Positions 10,401 to 21,700 of a DNA stretch of 64,000 nt are shown here, one piece after another. Every line of letters starts with the position of its first letter. Positions within the stretch are counted from its first letter, which is position 1. The translations under genes and the position numbers were made by a program. The notes below the pieces were generated by a model, which saw only the letters and a program-made list of their open reading frames with translations, ran no database searches and was not told the origin of the DNA. This DNA comes from a bacterium (GTDB taxonomy: Bacteria > Electryoneota > JAOADG01): assembly GCA_963681965.1 (NCBI GenBank), contig OY820579.1, positions 2,368,001 to 2,432,000 on the forward strand, read 5' to 3'.

Positions 10401-12623
10401 TGTCAAATAGGATCGGATTGTTCTAAGGGTGTCCCGCGATCCCCGATTGGCAAGTTGAATCCGGAGATCGATTATCTCGCCGGGATTGGCGATTTGATTG
10501 TTGTTACCAATGCGACCGTTCCCGGTATTATCGATTATCGACAGACGATTCAATACCAATTCTCCGGGAAGTGTCGTAACAACGACTGTATCGATCCGAG
10601 GGAGATAGTTGTCGCCAACCTTATTACCGATTACGGTAACAATCATGGTTCCAGTAGTTCGATTGGTAAGTGGTAGGTTTACTTGACCGCGAGCATCGGT
10701 TACGCCGCGGGCATAGGTTTCGAGTTCATTGTTGCTATTGTATTTTTGTACGGTAACCAGCGCATTCGGCACAATTGCATTGTCTTCGGTGCGATTTACT
10801 TGAAATTCAAAGGTATTTTGATGAAGTGGAATTAGTGTCGACATTGTTGTAGAAAGGTGGCGGGGCACTCCGGTCCACATATTCACCGAGATATCGCCCA
10901 TGACATTGTACCAATTCAGAATGTCGGTAACGCGTGCCGGATCGTAGTTCCAGAAATTGCGCCACATCTGGTATTTGCCTTCAAAATACATTCCACCCGG
11001 TTGTCGGGCATTTTTCACACCCAGTCCGTAGTATGTTCCAGCCGCCATACAATTGTTATTGGATGGTGTTTGGCTGGATGTTTCGCTGCTCATGGCTGCA
11101 ATCGCACCACACGGCGCAGTAGGAGTACCGAGTTTTACCAGTGTTTCGTGAATACCACTTGAGGAAGCCCCATAATAATCGCCGGTACTGCACGTGATGT
11201 TAAACGCGACAAAACACTTGTTGATATTCGTCGAAATACCAGAAAGATCCGACGATGAGATTTGCCCGATCCATGATGCCCGGTGCGCAAGAAACAACAT
11301 TCCTGGATTGCATCGGATGGAAATTAAACTGGCATCGACATGTCCATTATGTTCGTCATAGTTGATATTCCTTGGTGGGACACCACGTACTGCCATCATC
11401 GACATGCAGTACCAGATACAAGTGCGGTTCGAGTAGACATCGTTGGATACTCCGGCGTATCCCCAGCCCCTTCGAAACCAAGTGGAATCGGTCATATTTG
11501 GTTGTCGTTCATAATTTATCGACCGATTGATCATCAACTGCAATTGCGATGCATTATTCGCCGGCCAACGGCTGATATACGCATCGGCAAGAATGTCGTT
11601 TCCGCTGAGACAGACGAACTGGTGGTCGGTGTATGTGTAAGACGATTGATAAGCCGGGAGTGAAAAATTATCATTTGTATTATACGCATCTGCTGCTAGT
11701 ATAACATTATCTAGACCGGCAGGTGAATTGTAAATATTCAGCAATTGATTACGGATGACAGAGGTATCGGTTGAAGTCGAAATAATCAATTGTGTGGGGC
11801 GTCCACTCTGATTTCGCCAGTCTACAAACGGCTGAATCTGCGATACTGTCCCGAGTCGACAGACAATCACAGTTTGACCGAATAACGCATTGGCATTTAA
11901 TTCCGTCAATTCGTCGGCACCAATGATTTCGCGGTAAAATTGTGCAAACGTTGGTGAAGGGTGGGGAGCGGTACGGATTTCATTGATTCCGATTCCACCG
12001 GTGGGAACAGTCTCGATTTCGATGGAAGTGTAGACCCGCACCGTGCGCGTTCCGGGATTGACAGCGACCGGTTGGACGTTCAACAGTCCGATGCGCGCAT
12101 CGCGGAGGATTTGCGGTTCACTGACTTTGACCAATTCTTCCGGGAACCAATGATCTTTCGAATAGAAGTCGCGATCGATTGTAAAGGGACGATCGCGATA
12201 TCCATCTTTCGTTTCGACGGGTAACGGTTGCTGAGGTAGAACATCGATGTCACGATACTCGATGTAATCCGATGCGATCACACGCACGGCAACATTGCCG
12301 GTGTTGGGATACAATACCGGGCGCGCAATGGCTGGCACCAACGGCTTACCGGGAGTCCAGTTGCGGGTTTCACCGGGGATATCGATCCAAGTCCATTCCT
12401 CTTTACCGGCGATTACCGATTCGAATTTCACATTCGGATGCGAGAACATCAGTTTATAATGACCAACGCCCAGCTTTTGAACATCGATTTGGATTGATCC
12501 GGAATCGGGAATGCCAAGGATATCGTCGTCGGATGGAGTCCATTCCCGGGGATTAGCAAAGGCGAACAAGGATGAGGCGAAGAGCAGAAAAAAAACGATT
12601 GAGAGCAAGCAGCGAGTATTCAT
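7461..12623 (-). CDS. Secreted gingipain-like peptidase C25 protein (propeptide, C25, Ig/nidogen-like, carboxypeptidase-regulatory and beta-propeller regions, T9SS-type CTD)
   Basis: Signal peptide; PGKPLVP propeptide; TDHQFVCLSGNDILAD...SRWP; YNVMGD.S; C-terminal QNRPNPFNP...GVYFYRL...RKMVLLK. Confidence 0.85.
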   Translation of the reverse strand: MNTRCLLSIVFFLLFASSLFAFANPREWTPSDDDILGIPDSGSIQIDVQKLGVGHYKLMFSHPNVKFESVIAGKEEWTWIDIPGETRNWTPGKPLVPAIARPVLYPNTGNVAVRVIASDYIEYRDIDVLPQQPLPVETKDGYRDRPFTIDRDFYSKDHWFPEELVKVSEPQILRDARIGLLNVQPVAVNPGTRTVRVYTSIEIETVPTGGIGINEIRTAPHPSPTFAQFYREIIGADELTELNANALFGQTVIVCRLGTVSQIQPFVDWRNQSGRPTQLIISTSTDTSVIRNQLLNIYNSPAGLDNVILAADAYNTNDNFSLPAYQSSYTYTDHQFVCLSGNDILADAYISRWPANNASQLQLMINRSINYERQPNMTDSTWFRRGWGYAGVSNDVYSNRTCIWYCMSMMAVRGVPPRNINYDEHNGHVDASLISIRCNPGMLFLAHRASWIGQISSSDLSGISTNINKCFVAFNITCSTGDYYGASSSGIHETLVKLGTPTAPCGAIAAMSSETSSQTPSNNNCMAAGTYYGLGVKNARQPGGMYFEGKYQMWRNFWNYDPARVTDILNWYNVMGDISVNMWTGVPRHLSTTMSTLIPLHQNTFEFQVNRTEDNAIVPNALVTVQKYNSNNELETYARGVTDARGQVNLPLTNRTTGTMIVTVIGNKVGDNYLPRIDTVVVTTLPGELVLNRLSIIDNTGNGRIGNNNQIANPGEIIDLRIQLANRGSRDTLRTIRSYLTSDDPRIVVIDSLGSYPNLAPSDTAYNAINFRIAIATNIRNGDHLPLHLRITTADSQYRWTYPISLPIQSIQLRYFGSSLTPARLNPDVVANLAISVMNTSDLTVQTSQARLISLSPQIEVHVSNAIFPSLPSLLTVTNLSTQQFQIHSARNSIPGTHAGMMAIFQCDSLRDTLYFTVTIGVDGDYPTTLCTGPDSYGYMAFDDTDTSYFLHPTYQWIDNETLANRLNLNDPVESTDSSVLIRLPFHAQHYGIIYDTITVCTNGWFSFGPARVIDALNGSHLQYTFRNRALPGPDVPPNMVAVDWQDLLIPSYPSGGVFGSYDSSSHAYVITWKGITYLNGFTGPNEFQVLIYNPQSLRVPSSDCILKFQYKTRSSSEYLSYPYEPGFTTIGICDSSRSRALQYVFWHDWSNGAAVIPDGVDINRAITFATSASFVSGRLIGDVTQLSDGRPIQGAVISSREAIASAVTDSNGQFRIDRFPSGTFPISIQAFGYIPITDTVRVRDSSTTTVHFTMRKPILRITLHPQDTVMAPNDSLYARLSTGGQDTTLHLFLRNTGNGPLTWNLTQSINPNGSEEDSLFSSLASINPSSLLINDPMLSGVEYDGEHFWISGASPNYARPHKLYKLDRTGTQLLNTYNCPDSVGVIGWRDLAFDGRYLYGSYDNHIDRIDTGTGSVLSRIPIQFVSVARSITIDTANRMLYYADQNSPIYKLNLANNSIVGDIPAISGLFGLAWFPADPDGMKLYAYYRDQQSHTTGTRLVKINPTTGTSRILASLGSNGDAAYGLAITNTWNPTFWVAIALMSHSNSDIVGIYKLAVDRSWIQVSPVSGELLANQLETVSISMTSTNLPVRYSDGLRISNNSSVPLVYVPIVMNVFNPNSEVTQTPEQLPLTYSLLQNRPNPFNPVTSITFSVPRMMPVSLSVYNNLGQVVASLSTGKPFAAGKHTVTFDGSSLANGVYFYRLEAGTFSATRKMVLLK

Positions 12624-12931
12624 TACTACCTCCTGAAGCAGTGCTTGATGACCGACAATATTACCAGTTCTAGCAAACTAACCTGAGGTGTTCATAAAAA
12701 AGTTTGAATGGAAGTTGTAATAAGTAAAATCAAGATAGTGATTTGACCAAAAGATTATTGTACAAGATATGAAAGAGTATGATAAAGAAAAATATTTTTT
12801 TTAAAAATTCGCAACATGCACAATATTAACTACTTGTTCTTTGAATGGTATAATAATGATGTGTACAATTCGTCTATTAAGAAGTCGCATACGGTTATGC
12901 AATTTCAATGCACTCATAACCTTAGACTGAT

Positions 12932-13049
12932 TATAGTGGTTCTTGAAAATAAGTTATCATTATTTCGTGTCAGGCTTCGCCAGACCTGCGGGCGGACACG
13001 GGGGTCCGCCCCTACTACCGATAACAACTTATTTTCAAGAGATACTTTA
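12932..13049. repeat. 118-bp MITE-like element, copy 2
   Basis: Near-identical to 7153-7270. Confidence 0.9.
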
Positions 13050-13734
13050 GACCAAGAATATAAGGGGTATCGGTAGGGAGTTTTTTTACAGTGCAGAAAA
13101 GTTTTCAGGAATTACCGCAGTTGTAATTCCAGATAAAGACGAAAAAAAATCTGGATCATAGAAATGAAGGTGAGATACGGGATTTTTTTGTATTTGAACT
13201 GGCAGGTAATGAGCTTGATTCTTTGCATGGCGAGATCGGATACTTCCAATAAGCGAATCTGAAATCACGAAGGAATCGGTAAATCTCGGGTAGTGGTTGT
13301 TGCGATGATTTTTGAGTGAATGCGACAGCTTCATCGAAATCTTGTATTGCTGAATCGGAATTGGCTATCGTACCGAATTGATATCCGAAGTGAATCACTG
13401 AGTTCGAATCAGCAAGACTGGCGCTTGTTTGAAGAATTATTTTTGAAAACGACCACTTGAGTATTGAATATCACGAGTATTGAAGTTACATTAAAAGTAA
13501 ATCGATCAAATTAATGTCAGCACGAATAATTTGAAACCGAGGTAAATTTCGATCTTTGACATCAACACCAACGACTTTCTTCCGATTTATGAGGAGAAAG
13601 TCACTTCCTCAAACAATGTTATCGATGCAATCATGCATCGATATTCAGTGTAGTATCTGTTAGTTACTCTGTTTTGAATACCATGTCTGGAAGCGGCATT
13701 GAATCTAAGCAATGCCTAACTGAACGAGGATACT

Positions 13735-15948
13735 ATGAGACATCCCATCCGCTATTTATTCGCCATCTCTGTACTTTCACTATTAACTAATTCGTTCGCG
13801 ACAGATTTGTCGCAGTCCACCCAAAATCATCTTTCACCCGGACAATCGGTACCAGTAAACTGGTCCAACGATGGCGATCCGCGTTGGAAATTGATTGAAT
13901 CAGCTACGACATTATTTTCCTTCAAGTCGGCATCCGACATCAGCGACTGGCATCCGCAAGGTTGTTGGAAGTTTGGATTGGAGCAATCATCCCTCAAAAC
14001 AAGCGATGAAAACATTCTCTTCGTTACCGGTGATTTTTTATCTTACCCGAACGATGCGAATGATCGAATTACTTCATCTGAGATAACGTTACCTCGACTA
14101 CCGCACAAATACAATCAAATTCTGTTGACAATCGATGAAACGTATCAGTTGGAAAGCGATTACGACTACGGTAATATCGAAATCTCCTCCGATCAAGGTC
14201 GTCATTGGCAAGTACTCGATACTAGAACCGGATCGAGTGTGAGTCAGATAAAATCAATTATCGACTTGACCTGGTTTGCCGGTAATACAATTCAACTCGG
14301 TTTCAGAATATCGTCCAATTCGACACATTCATTTGCGGGATGGTCGGTGGGGAGATGCGATTTATATCAAACCAACCAACCGATCATCAACAGCGTTGAT
14401 GAGACGGACAATCTGTCGACATCGATGGTCAATATCAACTCACAATGTTTTCCGGTAATTTTTTCCAACGTGAGTGTAACATTCGATAGCAGCCAAGTGA
14501 ACGGATTGGCTGCCAGTGCGTTTCATGTTACGGAAAATAACATCCCTCAAACCGATCTTTTTTCGGTGGTTCCCCCTGATTCGAATAACGGAAATCGACT
14601 CGCTGACATTGTTTTTGTGCTTGATGTTACGGGAAGTATGGGTGAGGAAATCGAATCGGTTCGTCGGAACATGGAAAGCTTCGTAAGTACCTTGATTTCT
14701 AGCGAAGTGAACTGCAATATCGGTTTCGTCGTATTCGGTGATATTGTGTACCGATACAACGAAGGGAATCTTTATTCGGACATGGCAACTGTTCAATCGA
14801 TCTTAACGAATATCCGACTCGGTGAACATGGAATTGGAAGTGGCAGTGATGAACCAGAAAATCAACTGGGTGCCTTAGCCGTTGCGAATGCCATGAATTT
14901 TCGCCCCGGAGCGCAGCGGAATCTCATATTATTGACTGATGCTCCCTCACATGAGAACGATGGGGTCACAACGTATACGACTGCGCAAGTTCAAACGATG
15001 CTGGTTGGCAGTCATTCCATTCTATTTCCGATCTTTGATACGAACGATTCGCGGCAGATTGCACAGTATGTGACTCTTGCACGCGCCACGAATCCAACCG
15101 GCACATATTTCAATGTCTATGCCAATTTCAATGCGATCATTTCGCAAATCAGCAGTATGATTTCGAATACTTACTTGATTACCTACCGTTCGAACATACC
15201 TGCAAACGTTACACAAATCAGGACGGTTGTCATCCAAACTGCTCATCGGGATCAAATAAGTACTTGTTCCGGTTCTTATAATCCTAACTCAGCACCAGCG
15301 ATTTCTCGAACGGAACAGACTCTCTTGCTCCATACACAATCGCTTCCTGCCAACTCTCCGGTCGTGATTTCTGTGAATGTCGTCGATAATGTCACACCAT
15401 TCATCAGTCGGGTATCGCTCTATTACAAAAATCTAATTTCGACCAGTTACTCCCAAGCGACGATGAACCTGAGTGGTACTTCGTATACTGCAACGATACC
15501 GGCATCATCAATTGTTTGGCCGGGAATAATCTATTATTTCGCTGCTACCGATGGTCAGTCGACGACGACGAATCCATCTTCGAATCCTACTACGTTTCCT
15601 TACACACTAGCTGTAAGTCCGAATCACAGTCCACAAATCAATTTTACTCCACCTCCCAGTTATAGCTTAACCGGTGGTCGGAACGATTCGATATCGATCG
15701 ACGCGACTATCACCGATTCGACGGTGATCGTAATGCGTTCTCGACTGTTTTATCGAGTTTTTCCGAATCTACTTTACCAAACTGTCGAGATGACCGACAC
15801 TACCAACCATCGGTATCATGGGGCAATTCCCGCTGGCATTGCTACGAACGAACCGATTGAATATGTGTTGTACGCCGAAGATGAAAATTGCATCGCGACA
15901 ACAATTGGAACGTTCGATCAGCCATTAGCGATTCAACCGTCAAGATGA
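13735..15948 (+). CDS. Secreted VWA-domain protein with N-terminal jelly-roll (immune-inhibitor/MAM-like) domain and C-terminal Ig-like repeats
   Basis: Signal peptide; YQLESDYDYGNIEIS.D.G..W; MIDAS DVTGSM...LLTDAP; AGGA RBS. Confidence 0.8.
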   Translation: MRHPIRYLFAISVLSLLTNSFATDLSQSTQNHLSPGQSVPVNWSNDGDPRWKLIESATTLFSFKSASDISDWHPQGCWKFGLEQSSLKTSDENILFVTGDFLSYPNDANDRITSSEITLPRLPHKYNQILLTIDETYQLESDYDYGNIEISSDQGRHWQVLDTRTGSSVSQIKSIIDLTWFAGNTIQLGFRISSNSTHSFAGWSVGRCDLYQTNQPIINSVDETDNLSTSMVNINSQCFPVIFSNVSVTFDSSQVNGLAASAFHVTENNIPQTDLFSVVPPDSNNGNRLADIVFVLDVTGSMGEEIESVRRNMESFVSTLISSEVNCNIGFVVFGDIVYRYNEGNLYSDMATVQSILTNIRLGEHGIGSGSDEPENQLGALAVANAMNFRPGAQRNLILLTDAPSHENDGVTTYTTAQVQTMLVGSHSILFPIFDTNDSRQIAQYVTLARATNPTGTYFNVYANFNAIISQISSMISNTYLITYRSNIPANVTQIRTVVIQTAHRDQISTCSGSYNPNSAPAISRTEQTLLLHTQSLPANSPVVISVNVVDNVTPFISRVSLYYKNLISTSYSQATMNLSGTSYTATIPASSIVWPGIIYYFAATDGQSTTTNPSSNPTTFPYTLAVSPNHSPQINFTPPPSYSLTGGRNDSISIDATITDSTVIVMRSRLFYRVFPNLLYQTVEMTDTTNHRYHGAIPAGIATNEPIEYVLYAEDENCIATTIGTFDQPLAIQPSR

Positions 15949-16091
15949 AAGCGGACACGAAGCAATGAGCGAATTTGCGGTGAAGAAAAATAAACCACAA
16001 AATCGTTCGCTTCATCCACTCGACTTTGAATCAATAGGCAAAATAAGTTTAACACACACATCGGAAATCGACTATGATCCGTGGAGGAAAA

Positions 16092-18176
16092 ATGAAGACT
16101 CGAATGTCGATCCTTGTATCGGTGTTAGCAATGTTATTGCAATACCAGCTCAGTTTTGGATTTGGAGTAGCGGTTGTTTCGGCACCAAACAGCACTTGTA
16201 TGCACTTGGATTCGGTTATTGTCCAAACAACGATTGAAAGTCAAATTGCGATCACAAAGACTACGCAATATTTCCGTAACACGACTTCATTCCGATCCGT
16301 TAGTTACGGTTTTCCATTAGGCGAGCAAGCAAGTGCGACTTCTCTAAGGTGGCGTATTAACGGAGAATGGTGGACGGCAAGCATCGCTGGAACGAGTCAG
16401 GACACAACATTGCCCGGTGGTTCGACCGGTGACATACTGACCAACTATCTTGGGGCTACTCCGCTATTTTTTCCGATTCCACAACAAGTACCCCGCGACA
16501 GCTCGCTTGTGGTTGAGTTAACCTATGTCGAACTACTTCCCTATTCAATGGGAATTGTCCGATATTCCTATATCAGCGATTATCATACAATTCAATCGAC
16601 TCCGATTGGTTACCAGCAGTTTGATTTGCATTTACGATCGCTTCGGACAATCGACTCAATCTGGTTGGCGAATACTATTCCATCGGCAGAAGTTGCGAAT
16701 TATCACGATAGTGCTGCCGTTTTTTACTCTGCTAGCAATATCGTTGCATCGACCAATATGGTTGTTCAATATACTCTGAATGCAAGTCAATTGGGTTTGT
16801 TCGGATATAGCACGCTACAACCGGACTCGCTTGTACCAGATTCGCTGGGAAGAGGATTCTATACCTTTATCGCTGAACCAAGTCCCGATGCATCTCATCA
16901 GTCGATTTCGAAGGTATTCACATTAGTCATCGATCGGTCGGGAAGTATGTTGGGAAGCAAAATTCAACAAGCGAAAGATGCGGCAACTTATATCTTGAAT
17001 AATCTGAATCAAGGCGATCGGTTCAATATCATTGATTTCGATAATGTGATTACTCCATTCCGCAGTGCTCACATTCCATATTCTACCCAGACTCGCGATT
17101 CGGCAATTACCTATATCAATTCGTTGACTGCGCGCGGAACTACAAATATTTCAGGTGCGTTGGGGGTTGCAGTCTCACAATTTGCCGCAGCAAACGACTC
17201 AACGGCAAATATTATAATTTTCATTACTGACGGTCAACCTACCACTGGTTACGTCAATTCTACACAGTTGGTAAACTATATCGATCGCCAAGTGTCACGA
17301 GCGGCAGATAACATCAATTTATTCTGTTTTGGCATCGGATCGGATGTGAATCAGCAGATCCTTACATTAATCTCGATGCACAATCGCGGAATCACTCAGT
17401 TTGTCAATGAATCCGATCTTTGTACACAGGTCACTTCATTTTATCAGATCATTCGTAATCCGGTATTGATCAATCCGCATATTGAGTTTACACCCAATAT
17501 CGTTTCCGAAACGTATCCTGCGGTTTTGCCAAATCTCTATCGAGGTTCGCAAATGATCGTATCCGGTCGGTATCCTTCTGCCCAGCCGATAACGATTACA
17601 CTGTCGGGTACGGCGTATGGCGTGCCGGTATCGTATACCTATCCACTGGTGTTGTCGGCATCGTCCGATCCGGAAAATCTGTATTTGGAAAAAGTGTGGG
17701 CGAAGAAAAAAATCGAGTCGCTGCTCATCCAGTATTATGCGCAAAATCGTAGTTCGGATACCGCGCTGACACTCCGCGCGCAAATCATTCAGATCAGTCG
17801 ATCATACGGTGTTATCAGTCCATTCACCAGTTTTTCGGGTGGAAGTACCCCGGTCGATGAAAAGCCCGGAACAAGCACAGTTGCGACGCCACAATCGTTT
17901 TCGCTATTAGGGAATTATCCGAATCCGTTCAACTCCACTACTAAAATTCGCGTGCAGTTGAATGTGGCAGTCCACGGTTTTGTGGAAATCCGGATTTACA
18001 ATATTCTCGGGGAATTAGTTCGGACATTGCGATTCCAAGCGAATGGCAGTGGTATTTATTCCGTGAATTGGGATGGTCATTCCGATTCGGGTAAACTAGT
18101 ATCTGCCGGAGTTTATTTATACGCGATCGATTGTCAAAACACTCTACTTGTGGGAAAAATGAATTTACTCAAGTAG
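16092..18176 (+). CDS. Secreted VIT + VWA protein (inter-alpha-trypsin-inhibitor-like) with FlgD/T9SS-type CTD
   Basis: GGAGG RBS then ATG at 16092; VIT-like N-terminus; MIDAS DRSGSM, GTTNI, ITDGQPT; YGVISPFTSF; NYPNPFN...WDG...GVYLY...KMNLLK. Confidence 0.88.
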   Translation: MKTRMSILVSVLAMLLQYQLSFGFGVAVVSAPNSTCMHLDSVIVQTTIESQIAITKTTQYFRNTTSFRSVSYGFPLGEQASATSLRWRINGEWWTASIAGTSQDTTLPGGSTGDILTNYLGATPLFFPIPQQVPRDSSLVVELTYVELLPYSMGIVRYSYISDYHTIQSTPIGYQQFDLHLRSLRTIDSIWLANTIPSAEVANYHDSAAVFYSASNIVASTNMVVQYTLNASQLGLFGYSTLQPDSLVPDSLGRGFYTFIAEPSPDASHQSISKVFTLVIDRSGSMLGSKIQQAKDAATYILNNLNQGDRFNIIDFDNVITPFRSAHIPYSTQTRDSAITYINSLTARGTTNISGALGVAVSQFAAANDSTANIIIFITDGQPTTGYVNSTQLVNYIDRQVSRAADNINLFCFGIGSDVNQQILTLISMHNRGITQFVNESDLCTQVTSFYQIIRNPVLINPHIEFTPNIVSETYPAVLPNLYRGSQMIVSGRYPSAQPITITLSGTAYGVPVSYTYPLVLSASSDPENLYLEKVWAKKKIESLLIQYYAQNRSSDTALTLRAQIIQISRSYGVISPFTSFSGGSTPVDEKPGTSTVATPQSFSLLGNYPNPFNSTTKIRVQLNVAVHGFVEIRIYNILGELVRTLRFQANGSGIYSVNWDGHSDSGKLVSAGVYLYAIDCQNTLLVGKMNLLK

Positions 18177-18219
18177 AGCAATAGTATTTTTCTTTGTTCC
18201 AATTTAATCACGTAGTGAA

Positions 18220-18255
18220 AGAACAACCGGTCTGAAGATCAAGACCGGTTGTTCT
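18220..18255 (+). terminator. Hairpin, probable terminator after the VIT-VWA gene
   Basis: 14-bp stem AGAACAACCGGTCT/AGACCGGTTGTTCT. Confidence 0.6.
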
Positions 18256-18767
18256 CTGATTATATCTTGATTCATATGCAAAAAGCATTTGAGATTGGAT
18301 GAAAAAGATGTCGATTGTGACTGTTGATGCCCTACTATCGATAAAAGAACTCGATGAACCGCTGAAAACCGGTCATCCGGACAAGAATAAGTTCAGCATT
18401 TTCCCGAAAGTTTGTAGTAGACATTGTTGCGACACTATGTCTGCTTATTGGCAGTAGATTTCAACTATTAATAGTAAAAATATCGAGATAGCGCTTGAAC
18501 ATTATAGTGAATTTGACTACATTAAGGCGCTGTTAATAATCTACCACAATCATTTTATTTGATTGGCAAATAGTATCGATGTCATCTGGTGACGATACAA
18601 TTTCATATCCCCTGTTTTTTATTCAATTTCGTGCAGAGTGAAGAATCGATACCCTTTCCATACGTAGTTTTGCCTAGATTTTGAAATTCACTGCTTGAAT
18701 TCTCAAGCCACATTTTTCTATCCTTCTTTACCGATGATCGCAGTACCTCAACAACCGGAGGGTTTTT

Positions 18768-21700
18768 ATGTATCGTTTGATTACAGTTTTGCTGTTTCTG
18801 GCATTCATAGCGGGTGTTGCACTATCCAATCCGGTATATATGGGATTGAACACCTTCGATGTGAATGGTGAAATCATATACGAAATCATGTACAACGGTT
18901 CACCGGTTCCGAGTGGAAATCTGGTACAGGTAATCCGTCCCAACGGTACACTACATCCTCCAGTCACTACTGCCGATAATTTAGGCGCTCCCTCCGGCGG
19001 CGATATCGTTAGTTCAATATTCGCGATGGGTGATGGTGCCAGCGATCAAGCGGGCGTCTTTGCAACAATTCTGTATGGACAATCGGCAACTCCGACCGAT
19101 ACGCGAACTCCGACATCGTTAAATGTTGGATCGCAATTTTACATTCGCGTTTGGGCTGATGTCGTTGCCGCTGCCGAACTTCCATTTACCGGCGGAACGC
19201 ATTACGCCGACGGCGGTCCGTACACTGTTCCTGCAACCGATTCCGATCTGTGGGATATTCAGGTCAATCCCACTTCCGCCATACCAACTTGGTCGACTTG
19301 TGGTGTTGCGCCAGCGGTAATTTCGGTACGGGAAGTATCGGGAGGGGTCATCGTCGATCCACTCAATTTCGGATCTACTCTCATCAATACTTCGATCAAC
19401 CATACGATTCGAATCTCTAACAACGGCGGTTCGACATTATACCTCGCCGGAGCATCGACAACCGGTGATTATTCGAACGGTACTGTTACTAGTTCGATTG
19501 CCGCGGGTGGTTATTCCGATGTCACGTTGACGTTTACACCGACCGTATCCGGTACTCGAACCGGTACTTTTAGCTTTTCCCATAATGCCGCAGGAAGCCC
19601 CTATTCGTTAAATCTGACCGGAGCCGGCAACAATCCTACCTTGACCCTCACTCGTCCGCGCGGCAGTGAGGTCTATGTGATCGGACAAGTAGATACGATC
19701 AAATGGTCGCAATCGGATTTAACCGGTAACGTATCAGTCGAACTCAATACCAACTACCCCTCGGGTATTTGGACATCGCTCGGAACGGTTGCCGCATCGA
19801 CCGGATATGTGACATGGACGCCACTGGTTTCTCAGACATCGGCTGGCAGTGCACGAATTCGCGTAACCTCAATCAACATTCCCGCAGTATGCGATACCAG
19901 TGACGCTAATTTCGGAATCTACACCGTGCCCACGGCGCTCAATCTAGGTGTAGTTTCCTATTATCCATTTAACGGTAGTGTAGCCGACAATTCCGGATTT
20001 AGTAACAACTTGACTCCGTTATACATGTCTTATACGACCGATCGATTCGATCGCGCCAGTTCTGCCGCTTCGTTCAACGGTTCTACGACCCGCACATGGA
20101 ATGTCAATCCGAGTTTTGTAGTTAATCGATCGTCTTCTTTTACCGTATCGACTTGGGTCAAATTCAATACAACTACCCCAACTCAGACGATCATGCTGCT
20201 AGGTCCTGCAACAACCGGTTACATGGATCTAATTTTGGATCTGAATTCCACTGGTACACTTCGCTGGGCTGCGACCAATAATGTCGACCCGGCGATCAGT
20301 GTCCAATCCGGTATTGCAGCAGGGCTATGGAACCATGTAGCAGCCGTGTACGATCAGGGTAAACTCACACTATATATCAACGGCACATCGGTCGGCACGA
20401 TCAATTATACCTATACGGCATCAACAGCGACCGCATCGCCGATGACAATCGGAGCTTACTATTCCGGAACTGCTTCAAATCATCTAAACGGAGTGTTAGA
20501 TGAAATGCGGATGTACAATCGCGCGCTCACTCCCAGTGAAATTGGCGGATTATCTGCTCAAATATTGGTCACGAAGCCGAATGGAAGTAATGTGAATGTG
20601 GTCGGTCAGCCCGATTCTGTCAAGTGGTCGCAACTCGGCGTGACCGGAAACGTCTATATCGAATTGAATACAAATTACCCCTCGGGTTCTTGGACGTCAC
20701 TTGGAACGGCTGCGGCTTCAACGGGCTATTTGCTCTGGACACCGCAATCGAGTCAAGCTTCGACGACTGCGCGATTCCGTGTGACTTCGGTAAACAATTC
20801 ATCGATTAGCGATACCAGCGACGCGAATTTCAATATTTATACGTTACAACAAGCTTTAACGCAGGGATTGGTAGCCTATTATCCGCTAAATGGTAATGCG
20901 CTGGATTATAGCGGGAACGGTTATACTGGCGTTGCATCCTATACGTCCAATACCACTGACCGATATGGTTCGTCAGTTGGGGCATTTGCATTCGATGGTG
21001 CATCCAGCTACGTGGATGTTCCCAACTCAAATGCGATTAGTTTCCAATCGTTAACGGTATCCGCCTGGGTAAATCGAATCGGTTCTTCTACGATCATCAC
21101 AAAAGATCGTGTCGGTCCATCGGGTGATTACACTTTTGTATTCGAAGTGTCCTCGACTGGAGCCGTTTCGATGACCGTCCGACTATCCACTGGAACTTCG
21201 CTGACGCTTAATTCAGTGTCAAATATCAGTACCAATACATGGTATCACCTGGTTTCAACGTACGACGGTACTTCGATTAAGCTCTATATCAACGGTACTC
21301 TTAATACATCAGTGTCGACAGGAAATGGTTTGAGCGAAGCTACAACACGAAGCTTCTCAATCGGTAGTATTAAGTACACCACGGCGAGTCATTCTAACTT
21401 TTTTAATGGTTCGATCGACGAAGTCCGCGCTTACAATCGTGTCCTTAGTGCTGCTGAAATCACGGCATTGTATCAAGGTGTCGGTGTTTCCCGACCAAAT
21501 GGCGGAGATGTCTTCGTTGTCGGTCAGCAAGACTCAATCAAGTGGGGACAAACGGGTGTAACCGGGAATGTCAATATCGAACTCAATACGAACTACCCCT
21601 CGGGATCCTGGACGTCGCTGGGAACTGCTGCCGCATCGACCGGATATATGACATGGACACCGCAACTATCCCAAATTTCAACTACTGCGCGAATTCGAGT

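Noticed and set aside
13086-13398. Short minus-strand ORFs between repeat copy 2 and the VWA gene
   Set aside because: No recognisable motif or RBS; they could be a decayed remnant, but this is unsupported.
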